From NCBI GenBank assembly GCA_002633005.1, contig NMRA01000456.1, positions 200,095 to 264,094 on the forward strand: a stretch of 64,000 bases of DNA. The letters run 5' to 3'. The notes beneath the pieces are model-generated. The model searched no databases. It was not told the origin of the DNA and saw only the letters and a program-made list of their open reading frames with translations. This DNA is from Phoronis australis (lineage: Eukaryota > Animalia > Phoronida). The position numbers and the translations under genes were made by a program. Below are positions 40,301 to 52,599 of this stretch, piece by piece (the first letter of the stretch is position 1; each line of letters begins with the position of its first letter).

Positions 40301-41461
40301 AGCAAGTTTATTTCTATGAGCGTGACAACGGATGACGACAACTTGTGGACATATGTGACTAAACCGCTGTACCTCCCCCAGTGGCAGTTTTAGTTTTTAC
40401 GATCTTGATAGGTGTGTTCCTATTGAGGAGAGCATTGCTGACTTGTTATGCATCCCTTGGGGGCTATTTAAAGTTTACAAGCATTGCACCCTTTAGTGGG
40501 AATTTCCAAAATAGTAATCATCCCTTGTATCTGTGTCATATGCGATTCACACTTTGGGCGCATGTCACTGCACCGCGTTGCTCATGTATTGTTGAAAACT
40601 GTAAAGAATGCTTCATTGTCTTTCAACCATGATTGAACTATCAACAACTTGTGGCTTTTTTAATATAAGTGAAATTGGTTTGGTGGTTACGAGATATCTG
40701 TTGTAACTCATGTGTTGTCAAATGTTTTAAAGAAATCAAGCATAGCAGTCTGTATACATGTTATGAGCACCCCATAGGTAAACATTGCAGGTCCGTTAAA
40801 GGGGGTACAACGACACATAGCCAAACATTACAAATCACTAACAGGGATACAACCACATACATAGCCAAATCCTGCAGACTGCAGATCCACTGAAGGAGAT
40901 ACAACCACACTCGCAGTCAAACATAGCCAAACATTGCAGATCCACTAAAGGGTACACACACACACACACACACGCACACACACGCACCCACACGCACATA
41001 GCTGAACACTATAGATCCATTTAAGGGAATACAATCACACTCACTGACACATACATGTCAACATTCTCGTTCTTCATGACTGCTGTGGTGTGGCCCCAGA
41101 ATGACTACTTTACCTTCTTAAAACTTTTTTACTTATTTTATGGTACTTAAACTTATTTTGATTGTTCATTTTTGCTTATTAAAGCTTCTGTTTATTTCTT
41201 TTTGCTTAGTAAAACGTCTTTCACTTATTGGAACTTGTTTTACTTTAAATTTTCTTTTTTGTTGTTACTTGTACATGATAGAGGGCACTAGTTGTCTTTA
41301 CTCTACCTTTGTTGATTCACAGCTACCATTATCTCCCTAACCGCCGTGGTGGTGTGTCTGGGTTTGGCATGGCTCCATCGAGCAGGAGACGACCGGATGA
41401 TGATGGACAGGATGGTGGTAGACACACATGGGGAGCAGGCAACCAGCTGGGCGGTAACTGA
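31338..41461 (+). CDS. DERL1: Derlin-1 (ERAD rhomboid pseudoprotease)
   Basis: Exons 31338-31496, 33136-33247 (duplicate 35316-35427), 33810-33901 (duplicate 35995-36086), 37438-37533, 38862-38914, 39233-39343, 41323-41461. Translation: MSGNELGDWYRGIPMITRYWF...IWRPVTALFYYP...YSYSTRLETGVFDGKPADYLFMLIFNW...FWFGTQFKAMYLPWVL...GHLYFFLMFKYPQDFGG...RHTWGAGNQLGGN*, with the WR motif and a C-terminal SHP-box-like segment. Confidence 0.97.
31754..31909 (+). mobile_element. Solo LTR of the same TRIM family in DERL1 intron 1
   Basis: TGTTGTGA...TTACGACA, homologous to 30033-30184, flanked by direct repeat ATAC (31750-31753 and 31910-31913). Confidence 0.85.
32105..32198 (+). mobile_element. Truncated LTR of the same TRIM family
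   Basis: TGTTGTAGACGTGCTTACGGTGAATCATATGAACCTC...TATTAGCTGAATAGTTAG aligns by eye with the first ~95 nt of the LTR. Confidence 0.7.
32964..33176 (+). repeat. 107-bp tandem duplication spanning the DERL1 exon-2 acceptor
   Basis: Units 32964-33069 and 33071-33176. The same arrangement is visible in the second copy, with acceptors at 35208 and 35315. Confidence 0.9.
33002..37232 (+). repeat. ~2.05-kb direct duplication (33002-35045 and 35182-37232) separated by a 136-N gap; probably two alleles
   Basis: Exons are identical while introns differ by scattered SNPs and small indels. Both copies abut the gap at 35046-35181. Confidence 0.9.
34101..34372. mobile_element. Inverted-repeat element built from two divergent tRNA-like halves (second copy at 36287-36558)
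   Basis: Arms of ~85 bp, AGCACGCCACCTGTGACCACATCACGTGA... versus ...TCACGTGATGTGGGCACAGGTGGCGTGCT. Minus-strand A box TGGCTCAGTGG and B box GGGTTCGAGTCCC; plus-strand degenerate B box GGGTTCATGCCC. Confidence 0.7.
37197..37420 (+). repeat. Degenerate ~22-bp minisatellite (GAGTCTAGTTATATGGTAATGT), about 10 copies
   Basis: TCTAGTTATA recurs every ~22 bp, ending just before the DERL1 exon-4 acceptor. The first duplicate copy breaks into the N gap inside this same array. Confidence 0.85.
39069..39166 (+). repeat. ~27-bp minisatellite, 4 copies (CTAGTCTCGTCTAGTGT...)
   Basis: TCGTCTAGTG recurs four times in tandem. Confidence 0.8.
39385..40590 (+). mobile_element. Degraded Helentron/HINE-like element with internal ~105-150-bp tandem units
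   Basis: Starts TTATGTGCCCACC...CATCCGGTGTCCATCTG. Repeating units contain GAAATTTGG...CC(T)AGTGGC followed by a T tract. The family assignment is inferred from this architecture. Confidence 0.5.
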
Positions 41462-42036
41462 ACCAACCACTCCTTGTTGCCATGGTACATGTGACTTTAT
41501 AAGGAAAAACATGGCGGTGAAGGAAATGCAACTAAAGTGTCCAACAGCTGTGTTGTTTCAAAAGTGGAGCTCTTTCGTTTTTATCATTTTCTGGGATAAC
41601 GCAAACCATCTGAAATCTGTTATATAACTATTTCTTGCCCGCACTCTGACCTGGTTAGTCATAACTACATGACTGTTGTTCATTATCATGTTTAATTCTC
41701 AACCAGACCATTTCATTCGTTGCAAAACCAACTTAATACATTGTGACTTTTGACTTTGTCTTATTCAGTGCAGCATCTGCTGGCTGAAAATTGCTTGTAC
41801 CATATTTATTTTATGTGTAAGTATTGTAAATTTCCTTCTTCTGGTCATATATGTCTATGCTTATTCACTCTTATTTACTGAATAATTGCAATGATTGTTT
41901 ACAAGCTGTAAATGTCATGTTAAAAGTTGTTTCATTACAGTAAAAGTACAAAGTCTTAACAACCAATTTTGTAATCACTATTACTGTAAGTCCGTTTTTC
42001 GGAAATAAAGAATTAATTGAAAATTTATGATGTGCA

Positions 42037-45000
42037 TCAATCCCTCTTACTGGCGTCAATCACTCTAATGTCGCTGTTATAACCATTGGCTTCTGATTTG
42101 TCTTCTGGTTGAATTTTGGAGAACATCTCTTTCCGAAGTTGAGAACTGCTTATGCCCTGTGTGTAGGGAAAAAATCGGATTGGCATCAGTGACTCAACTG
42201 TGGAGCGTGATGGAAAGTCAGGCATGTCATCTCCACGCACGTAGAGGGCTGTTTCTTCCTCCTCCAAGTAGACAATGCAGGTGATGAAGTTTGAAGGGTC
42301 AGTGCTGGAGATGCAATATACCTGCAGATGATGATCATATCAATGTACATGATAATTTGGTTGGCATGCCTTGCAAGTGTAAAAACAAACGAAAAATCTT
42401 GGTTTCTTTCATGGCTTACTGTCTTGGATGATGTTAATGTTTGAGGGCTTTTTGGATTTTTGGCCAGTGGTCGGAATATTCAGCTTCATCCCGGTTTTCA
42501 ACTCTAGATTAAAACATACTTTTAAAGGGTATTGTTTGATCATTTCCTAATCATGACACATACCACACCTAGAAAGCAGATCATTACCATTGGACAACAT
42601 ATTCATTACTGACCTGATCAGCGTACTGTTTGACGTTCAACATACGTTTCTCTGTACTGTCTATTGGGAACTTTTTCTTTAATTCAAAGTAGCTGCGAGA
42701 GTCGTGTAGTCCAACAATGACCTAAATGAAAGATTGACTTATGAATTCAGTCGCCAATGGAAAAATGGAAGCTTAATTACATCTAATATCGGACTTGTCT
42801 GACAAAACGTTCCAACCTGCGACATCGACAATGTGATCTGGGTACCAATTCCATTATTGGTTTAACTGGTGAATTGCACGATACTATAATGTATTCTAAG
42901 AGTTGGTTTGTTGCTATTGGGTAAAGAAAATGCGATGCAGATTATTCATTACAATAGTCTAAAACTGAGACTAAATCGTCTGCTATTGGCAAACCTCTGT
43001 AACTTGTCAGAACTGAGTCACGTTTTCATTGACAAACCTCGAACTACATGGCATCTATGAAATCACGATAACGCTTACAGCTTGAAAGTTGACACTTCTC
43101 TGACCACACCTGTTTGCCCAGTTGTCTCATGCGGTGCATCAACTTCATGTGACCTCGATGGAAGAGATCAAAACAGCCTATCGTATACACTTTGTCAACG
43201 CGGCCATCAAATGCTATCGAGGGAAGTGAATGACGTCTTGTGTGCAGTCTCTCCCTTTGTTCGTCCTCGCTGTCATCCCCAGTCTCACTACTTACAGATG
43301 ACGTGTTACTACTCGTTCTGAAAAATCGTGATATTCCGTCATTGGAAACGACAGGATGACGAACGTTGAAGGTACCAAAAACTGCAGGTGTACTATGCGC
43401 ATTTAAAACTGTGTTTAATTTATCATGTCCGAAAAATATTAAAGCAACATCTCGCCCTGCTTAGCTGGCTAAACCGAAAATCAATATTAGGCTTCTTGGT
43501 GTCATAAAGTCGGCCTCGTAATATTCCTTTCCCAAATAGAATTTTCTGTTAACAAGAACACCACAACCGTCAGCGACTCGAGCATAAGCGACTTCGAAAA
43601 TGTACGCATTGCCTGTTAACTTAGGTTACCGACTCATTCGGCAATAAATCGAGATAGGATGAGCGTGCTAATGTTTAAAAAGAGCATCGGTTGAGATTGT
43701 GTAGGATTTCGTTGACAAGTCGTATTTAGCCAAATATATACAAAATTAGAGATTTTAATTCAGTAAAAGTATATTTTCTGAAAGTAAAAGGCTTTCAGAA
43801 TGTGATTTTTTACTTTACCATGTCTTTTCAGTACAATTTAACAAAAAAGGAAACGTCCGTTGATAGCAAATCAATGGCATGATCAAATTATATTTGATAT
43901 AAATGTTCAAGATGAGATATCGAGAAGGTGTTAAAGTTTTCTAAAATATTTCGCTTATGTTTTATGCAACTTAAAGCGTTTTTTCATGAAATCATAAATT
44001 ATAGCCTTTCTTTTTCAAAATAGTACCTCCTGCAAAAATGAAAAAAATTAAAAACAAGAGCTTTTTGGAGAACAACGCTGCATCTAAAAGTTTCTTACGT
44101 TTTAAAGTTTTCAATCGGCCGTTTCTGAGATGTGATGTTAGCCATTTGGACATTTTGTACGGTCCTGCATAACTTTAATATTCAACATTGACACCTAAAC
44201 TGCGACGAAATGCCCCTTTAAACAATTTTGTCACTCGGCATACCTTACAACTACCGGTTATACGCCGATTGCCAGTCAAATTCCATAATTATTTGTATGA
44301 TTAATGAGGAGATGGTACATTTAAATAATGTCTCATTTTCCTGCATACTTTTTCAAAGTTGGTACACTTGTCCGAGTGTAAGCGTTCGAGCGATGTCTAA
44401 CGCCATTCGACACAGATTCATTTTGTGGTACGTTGGCTTCGGTTTCAACAGAGTCAGCGGCGGTCTTGGCCTAAGGGTAACAAGGCCTAATTAATGTCAA
44501 ATAACGAAAAACATGTTGTCAAACTATGGAGCATTCCCTATCAGCTAGGGGGTGAATGAATCTGGCCCACATGTACAGAAAATAATTTTACTCACGAAGG
44601 GTTAGAGTTTTCGATTATCACCGCTTGGCTGTGGCTTAGCCGCGGAGAGCACAACGGGGTCATGTCCCCCCCCTCCTCTGTTCATTACAAAAGAGACCCC
44701 CGTCGAAACTCATTTCAAGCTTGCCACTCATTCTAGCCCTCACCTCCCTCTCCCCCAATCGTCAAAAATTTCGCGTTTTGCCCAGTTGTTTAAAAACAGT
44801 GCCTCTTGGTACTTCTGAAGCTGGACATTCAATTGCTTTCCACAACATGCCCGTGCATAAATTGATCGCACCTGAAACACTTCTGTAATATCTAGTTAGT
44901 GATCTAAGCCTCCGCCTATACTGCTGAAAATGCATGGCACACATTTCGTTCACGTTATTGTTGCCGGTCTTTAATTGGCAGGTTCTCCTAGATGAATGGG

Positions 45001-48000
45001 CTGTGGGCACATGGATACATGTATCCTGTCACTGTAAAGCGTACGCCATAAAAATGTCAACATTGAGCTAGCACCAAATTGGTATAAACACTGATAACCC
45101 GAGAAATTAGTCTTCAGCCAGTCTGAGGATTAGTTTCATAATGCACTCATGCTATACGTTTATTTGTGCCATGCCTTGAAACTCTGTCATAGATTCAAAA
45201 CAATCACAAAAATCGAATTTCATGAGAGCTTCACCACCGACATTAAGATTGTCAAGTGACAGAATGACTGAATAGCCGGTGTAGCATTGAATTTAACGTA
45301 CAGAATTTTCAGCCAGTTGGAGAAATGTCCTGGGGAATATTTTTTTCAACAGTTTTGTGTAGCCAAAGCAAGTGATTTGAGTTTAACGTGACACGTGCTC
45401 AGACACCATTTCTAAGTGAGTGCAATTTGACGGCGGTTGCAGAAAATTGATGACGAATCGCACGAGGATGCGGAAACTTTTTTCGGTCATGAGCGGTCAA
45501 TTATACTTTTTCGGCCTTATCGTGTGGATGTCGAAACAAAAAAGTTTTATTGTTACAATAGCAGGCTCCAACTAATTCCACAGACCCGATCTTTTGGCTC
45601 ACCTTTTGGGACTGGACCTTTCTCGATCCATCCTCGTTGTATAGGGGCTTGTTGGAATAGTTTCTCTCTGTGTGGTATTCTACAGTCGCCATATGCGATG
45701 ATAGGAGATATTGGGTTTTCGACTTAATTCCCCTTGCCTCAAGTTTCCTTGACAAACTCGCGTGCGCAAGACGAACACTAAGTAACAAGCATACGATTCC
45801 CAATTGTCCGGCTGCAATGCATATTGAAATGAAATAGAATTACGCAGTCGGACAATTTAGAAAAAAATAAGTCATGTTTCTTACTATTTTTGTACTCAGA
45901 TGAAAATAAATAATCAAAAACATGTAATCTACACAAAAATCGTTTTCCACAATGATAGTAGTTTAAGTGGTCTATCCTAAATAGAAATTTCCGTCTAGTC
46001 AGTGCGCGAGTGAGCGAAAATTGTCATCTCGACGTTGCTATTCTCAAACACCAAGAAGTGACACGTCCACACATGCAACTCATTATGTCCAATGCAATGA
46101 GAACGCGCCAGAGCTATACTTCCAAGAGAGACCGGCTCTCTCCAGCTCCAAACAAGAGGAGCGCGTCTTTGGACAAATGCTTGGAATACTATCGCCAACG
46201 AAGGACTTACCCCAGCTCTCCATCGGAACTACATGCCCCTGAGATAGTGCCAGGAACGCTATTCCCAACGATTCCAACTTCTCTTTCAGTTTTCCTTCCA
46301 TAACTGACTTTGTACCGGAAGCAACATTGTGAAACTCTTTCCCTTTTTTCTCCAAATGTCTTCTCTTGTGTGCCCTGAAACGAACGTTTTTATCGAGACG
46401 TACGCCATCCATGCAGTTTCCAACGTGTGTCTCTTCTCGTACTATTGCAAACTCAGTTACACGTTGTACAAATACAACTTTATTTTCAGCTTTACGGGCA
46501 AAACTTAGACGAAAACAGTGAGGGGAACTGTTGAGTTTGTGTGGGCAGGGGGGAAATTCTGTACAGGTTACACAGGGAGTACTAAATAAAAGTATTCTAA
46601 AACATTAAACTAATTCCAGGATACGATTTTCTGGAAACTATTAAGTGGTGTTTAAAGTTTTCATTCCAGGAACTCCAAAGTTAGTTTTGTTGTGCCTAGA
46701 AGTTAAAAAAGTTCCATCTTATTGTAAATAACAAACATAGATATTTTAGTTTTGGCACCAAATCCAACCAGCTCTGAAATTCTAGCACAAATATCAAGAA
46801 TTGTTAACAAAGTTGAAGTGCCGAAGTGGAGAGCTATTCAAACGTGTTTTCGACTTGAATGCAGTGATGAGAATTTGCTCATTCTGACGGAAAGCATCCA
46901 AAGGTTGTAAAAGCGAAAGCTGTACAATGTCTGAAAAATCCATCAGTCGGTTCATTATTTTCTGGTATTCATATTTCAGAGTATATTTGTCAACAGTAAT
47001 GAGAGACCCAATATCTGATTTGATACCCTATTGTATATTTACACGACAAGGACAGCAGCCAGTTAGTACATCATAACACAGCTAATCGTCAAACAAGACG
47101 TCATAGCATACATGGGGCCCGTTCCCACAAAACTGACTTAGCTAAGACAAATCTTAAATTTTAGGAAATTTTAAAATGAAAATTATATTTGTCACAAAAC
47201 CAATTCAAGAACGAGATCTTAAGTTTGACTTAAGTGTTTGACATAAATTTTGTCTTAATTTTGACTAACTTACCGAATATGGAAGTTTCAAAGTTTGGAA
47301 GTTAAGACAAATCTTAAAATTAAGTAAAAAATGAACTTAAGTCAGTTTCTTAAATCAGGCCCATGGTCCTCATGTTTTCCGATGTCGAAGAACGCAAGTT
47401 GGCTAAGGCTAGATCATTATGGCATTTTTGTATTCGAGTGCAATTACATAGGCCTATTGACTTCGTTGTAAGTCACTAACGGTATAATAACAACTACTTT
47501 GACAGTACTTACAGGTAAAAGTAATCCTGAACGCGCACAACTCCAAGGACTGCCTCGTACAGCATAATGACCACGGACACAGTGAGGTACAGCGTTGTTT
47601 GCATCAGCGTCATCTCGGAGAAGTTAGTTACAGTCAGTATGGTCCAAAGACATGTGACGTTAACTACCTGGAATTTCAAATGGCGCACTTGATTTCACGA
47701 TTAGGCCGGATGGTTTCTCCTCCTTGGAGAAAATATGTTGAGAAGAAGAGTTTCAGGAAGACTCCGAGGAGTTGCGTACATGACAACTGCCAGGACAGAA
47801 AGTCATACACATTGTTAGTTGCGAGTTGAAACAGATACAATCTACAACTTTCCGCTAAAATCCATAATGCGAATTGTTCATCCAAGCAGTACAAAGGCTG
47901 TTATTTCTGTAGAACTACAAGAAAAACTTTGACCTTTATTAGTGTTACCTTGTCGCAAAAGGCGTCCATGAAGCCTCCCAACAGCGGGTCGTCGACTGGG

Positions 48001-49441
48001 CCATAAATCCGCGCGTGCACTTTAGCCACGATCCCATCAACGTGGTCGAGGTAATCGTGCAATACAACCATCCAAAAGACATTCCAGAAATAGCCATATC
48101 TAAAAGATTGACGAGTTTCCTATAATCAAACATTCTTAGATAAGTTCACATATTTTGGAAATACTCCAAACTTTAAGTCGCTTTCGAGATGTTTTTTATT
48201 ATCCATTTTGGTGCTCTCGGGCGAGAGCGGCATATCAAACTGTAGTCCCTTCAGCCCAGTGATCAAGAGCCTGCCTTAGTGTATTGGGCACGAGGTTCCC
48301 CACCTCAAGTGCATTATCGGAAAAAAAACACTTTTTGTGATAACAACACTAGGTCGGATATGAACTGAGAACCTCCGCTGCCGCAACCAAACGCTCTGTT
48401 GGCTGAATTAAATCTCAAACGTGAGAGAAATTTAAGCGTATTTGACTGGTCATGAGTCAACGACCTTGATTTTAGCACTGTCTGGCAGAAAACGGCCATA
48501 ACTGGCGATTTGATTTGAAATAAAATCACAAAATACAACAGATTTTATTGTTGTATATGTCTGGTCCTTGCTAATAACTTCAACAAGTCTATCCCATCCA
48601 TTTCACTTTCATTGAAAACCTCTTCGAAGAAACACCAGGCGACCACTTAACGGCGAGATTTCATCAAATTAAACCGTATAGTAGCACCGGTTTTTCCTAC
48701 TTTTACACGACAAAAAAGCTCTTGACACGGAATGAGTTGACACGGTGCGAGTTGATCCATGTCCGTATATATCAATGGAGTTGTCACATTTACTCCAAAC
48801 TTTCGAAAGTTGATGTTCCACGCGGTCGTAGTTTTCGGTTTTTAATAGTTTTAATCTAGTTCAGGATGACCATTAACAGGTACTAAATCACAATCGAATG
48901 TTACTGCTTCCGCGTGCCTCCAGTTTTAACAGTGAAGCTATGGAAGTAGAACACATGTGAGATACTTACTTAAGACAGACTGCTATTGGTATGATCAGAA
49001 TGGTCCTCGCCCATGAAACAATATTTGCGGAGAAAACTGTGCGGGAAGCTCCGTTTTCAGCCCCGCAGGAAAGTAATATTATTGGGGGGGGGGGGGGGGG
49101 GGTGGGGGGTGGNTGTTTTACTCTGCAACATAGCTCGTGGCGTACCCCGGGCAAAATAGATTACGATAAATGCTGATAGTTCTCGGTATCTTGGCAACAA
49201 CAGGAGCCGTCACCAGTTGTATTGGTGTATACACGAAGACGTCATACCAATTAACCTGAAAATGAAAACAAGTGACTGATCGTTACAATTTTCTGGTACA
49301 AATCCCCTGGCTTTAATTTGAATTAGAAATTGGGATGAGGTTAATTAACACAAAGAATGCAAACACTTAACTTACCAGCACAAACAGCAGTCTCTCGATG
49401 ATACGTACAAGCCAAACAACTGCTTTCAGAGGATGAGTCAT
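42037..49441 (-). CDS. Bifunctional CDP-alcohol phosphatidyltransferase (N-terminal, membrane) / cytidylyltransferase (C-terminal, HxGH class) fusion protein, roughly 530 aa
   Basis: Exons 49376-49441, 49165-49255, 48970-49036, 47949-48099, 47513-47667, 46211-46374, 45603-45811, one uncertain linker exon near 44596-44871, 43110-43317, 42614-42721, 42037-42321. CDP-alcohol phosphotransferase motifs: FSANIVSWARTILIIP, DYLDHVDGIVAK...GGFMDAFCDK (DxxDGxxA[R/K]..GxxxDxxxD), EGKLKEKLE. Cytidylyltransferase motifs: KVYTIGCFDLFHRGH, VIVGLHDS, YVRGDD, YTQGISSSQLR. Confidence 0.85.
43439..44222. mobile_element. Old Kolobok-like non-autonomous DNA transposon
   Basis: TTAA-flanked imperfect TIRs, TTAAAGCAACATCTCGCC versus GACGAAATGCCCCTTTAA. 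Confidence 0.4.
47111..47365. mobile_element. MITE (Harbinger-like GGGCC ends, CTTAAG-rich interior)
   Basis: CATGGGGCCC...AAACTGACTTA versus TAAGTCAGTTT...GGCCCATG. Internal TAAGACAAATCTTAAA is repeated. Confidence 0.65.
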
Positions 49442-52400
49442 GGTTGTTTCACGATTGGTTACCTAAAACAAACAATTATAAATGAATAGACCCTCTTCGA
49501 AACGAAATAAAAAATGATAGAGCTGATCTGAGGAACGACACTTGGCGAAATCGACCGAACACGTAAATTCGAGTACGAAGGCAGCAACACCAAGGACGAT
49601 CACTATGACGACCCTTATACCTGGACGCCTACGGCGATAGCAAAAACGACATCGAAGACTATTGACTACACAGCAATCGAAACTTTTCGACAATGTAAAC
49701 CCCGACAGCAATGACAGCATGCACTACCGAAGGCGACACTGATGCCAACCCCAGCACCAATTATACCACTTAATGACGCAGATGATGCCGTATTGTACGC
49801 GATTAATTCAACATTTTGAAGTACCAGTCGTCTAAACCCACTCAGTCAACAGACTTCGAAAATGGACGAGAAACTTTTATGCAAACATGAAGGTTTTACA
49901 GAGTAAATTGATTAAGATTTCAAAACCAAGAGAACAGTTTTTTGGAAATGCAGAATTAGTTCTCCAGGTACCCTTCTCTAGAAAGTGATAATGGAGTAAT
50001 CTGTCGCTCCGTCTCTATTTTTGAAAATGTACATCACTATATGAACTTGACGGAGATGAACCTAATGCTAGCATCAATTGCTGCAATGGTTCATTAGTGT
50101 CTGATTTATATGTTTATGTGTCAACGAAAATCGACCGATTCATTGACGAATTTTTATAATTAGAAGGTAATCTTGTAGGAAATTGATGATGCTTCAGTGA
50201 ACTTATGTACACAGAACTTCGGGGAAATCTCTATTATCTGACCTCAAACAGCTTAGTGAACTTGACGATGTATTTGCCAGTCTGAAAAAGTCTAATAAAA
50301 TGGTGTTTCCGTGAATTTTGACATTGATGACATTATGTCAGTTCTATAGTAGTTGCGACCCCCCCCCCCCGGGGGAGGGCCAAGCACCAGAAACTTGTTT
50401 TAATATGCGTTCTTCAACAGAACGTATTTTTGAACACTGTTTTAGGCAACATACTAATAAAACCACTTCCTGATAAAACGCATCCTAACTGAAAGTTATT
50501 GCGTGCGTATCGATCTCGACTTCCGTCGTGTTCTGGGCAAAAATGGGGTATGTCAACGAAAACGTCGCAGTATCCGCTATGAACGGGTGGCGGTTGAAAT
50601 TTCGTATAGCGGTAGGACCCGTACTAGACGATTTAGAGCGTAATGTGATGGAAAATGTGATCGTGACGAAAAGAAATAGGCAATCAGAGATTAAGAAGTT
50701 ACAGGCTGTACGAAAATTTCATGTTAGTCAGCAGATAAGAAATGCGGCCTGTACCTGCGAACAAACAAAATTCTTCACAATTGAGACAGACATACTTAGG
50801 GAAATTTATTTTGTCAAGTATCTGCCAATGGCAAAAACGTTAACGCGATGACAATAGGAGGAAAACCAAGGTTTCATAGAAAACGAACAAATATGGCTAT
50901 GTTATGCAAGGAGACTTTGGAAACCATGGTATCCAAGGCTGAAATGTGAAACGCCAACATCATTACATGTACTAACAAAGCAACCAATGCGCGCAGGTGA
51001 GTTGTTATTGATACGAGAGGCTGAGAAGCCTGGAATGATGCATAAATTGAGTGAGAACATTTGGCGTCAGTCAATTTGTGTTCATTTCAAAACTTCGAAT
51101 GAGTTTTATTTCCAATTTTAAGATGAAAACATTTGCATTTGTAAAAAATCAATTATTAAACTGACCCCATATTTTGACGGCTCACATTATCATGGCCTCC
51201 AGACTACCTATAGCTTGCCGCTGCGAAACCATAACCCGGTAGTCCGCCGCCGCCCACTTATCCAAAAAGGATTTCTAACATTTGTTCGTGTTCATGTTCA
51301 TGTTCATTTCAAAAAAATGAAAATATTCCAGAAATATACTCACAGCTGCAAAAATTCAAGCTCTCGTCAACGAAGGGCTCTGTATGCACCTCGCCTTTCT
51401 GCAATAGCAATTCTAGCGAACGAGTCCCATCGGTCCAGTACGAGACCGTCCATTCCGCCTCGATAGCTGAAGTGGTGAGGAGGCGTACTGTGCTTGTATT
51501 TTGATAAAAGAAGAACATGTGATGAACCATGCAGATTACTAAATTCCGAAACATGGGATTATTATGACATACGGCGTGATAAGCAGATACCTTATCGAAA
51601 TTTCTGGCGTAGATTATGCACATCTTTATTATGATGATCTACGGCTTACGCAAAGCAGTGCTCTCGAGAAGGGGCAAAGGGGAGCACAGCCCGGGTCCCG
51701 AATTAGTAAAAGGGCCGAGCGAAGGAGACGAAGTAGAAAAAACTCGGTGCAATAAAAATTATATTCCCTCAGGGCCCTTCCGGGCTTTTTGGACCAAATG
51801 ATGAAACTCTGGGACTCCTTAAACCTCATTACAGANAAACTAAGACTTCGAAAACTTCTTGCCCCTTGTGGTCTCACCCCACCCGGCCAGATAGGCCTTT
51901 GGACTTTGCTGCTTGGGAAGCAAATCCCGGAGGCAGCCATCAGAAACATACCGGCAGCTAATATTTAGTTATCGACCGGGAGACCACAACCGGTCGGAAA
52001 AAAATTACAAACGGTCGCTTTTAACAGGGTCCTTAAAAGAATACCAAACCAGGTTTTGGGCTATGCCAAAGATATTAAAAACGACTTCCCGTCCAATTCT
52101 TTGAAACAAAGTAATGCTTTGTAACCCTCGACAACCGTCAAAAGTTAGGAGGCAAATTTGAAAACTCCTTTCGAAGTCTGCTAAACGGGCAAACGTGGCC
52201 TACGCTTTCAGCGAATATTAAATAACAACTAAGGAAAAGGAAATGCCCACCAAATGAAAAACCCTACTATCCAATGTGTGAGATGGCTGAAGTACGAGTT
52301 TTTAGTTAACTCCTGATTTTACCTTTCAAGATAAATGCCGTTGATTCATTAGCAGGTGACTGTACGAGGATTGGTTGAAATCATCAAAACAGAGTTTAGT

Positions 52401-52599
52401 ATCTTTTTAATGGATCGAAATTGTAACCCGTGAGAAATGACCCAGTCACTGTTGAAAACTTGTCAATTCGTTGAAACTTGGACGAATGCGGTGTTATTTT
52501 TTTATCTTTTCACATTATCAACTTCTAAAGCATTTGCAGACGGTCTTGGGTGAAGGGTTAGTAGTATAGTAAGTTGTTTTCGTGGCACGTTTGTGACTC

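Noticed and set aside
49083-49113. G-run as a regulatory G-quadruplex
   Set aside because: Homopolymer adjoining an n, so its length is unreliable. It lies in a short inferred intron.
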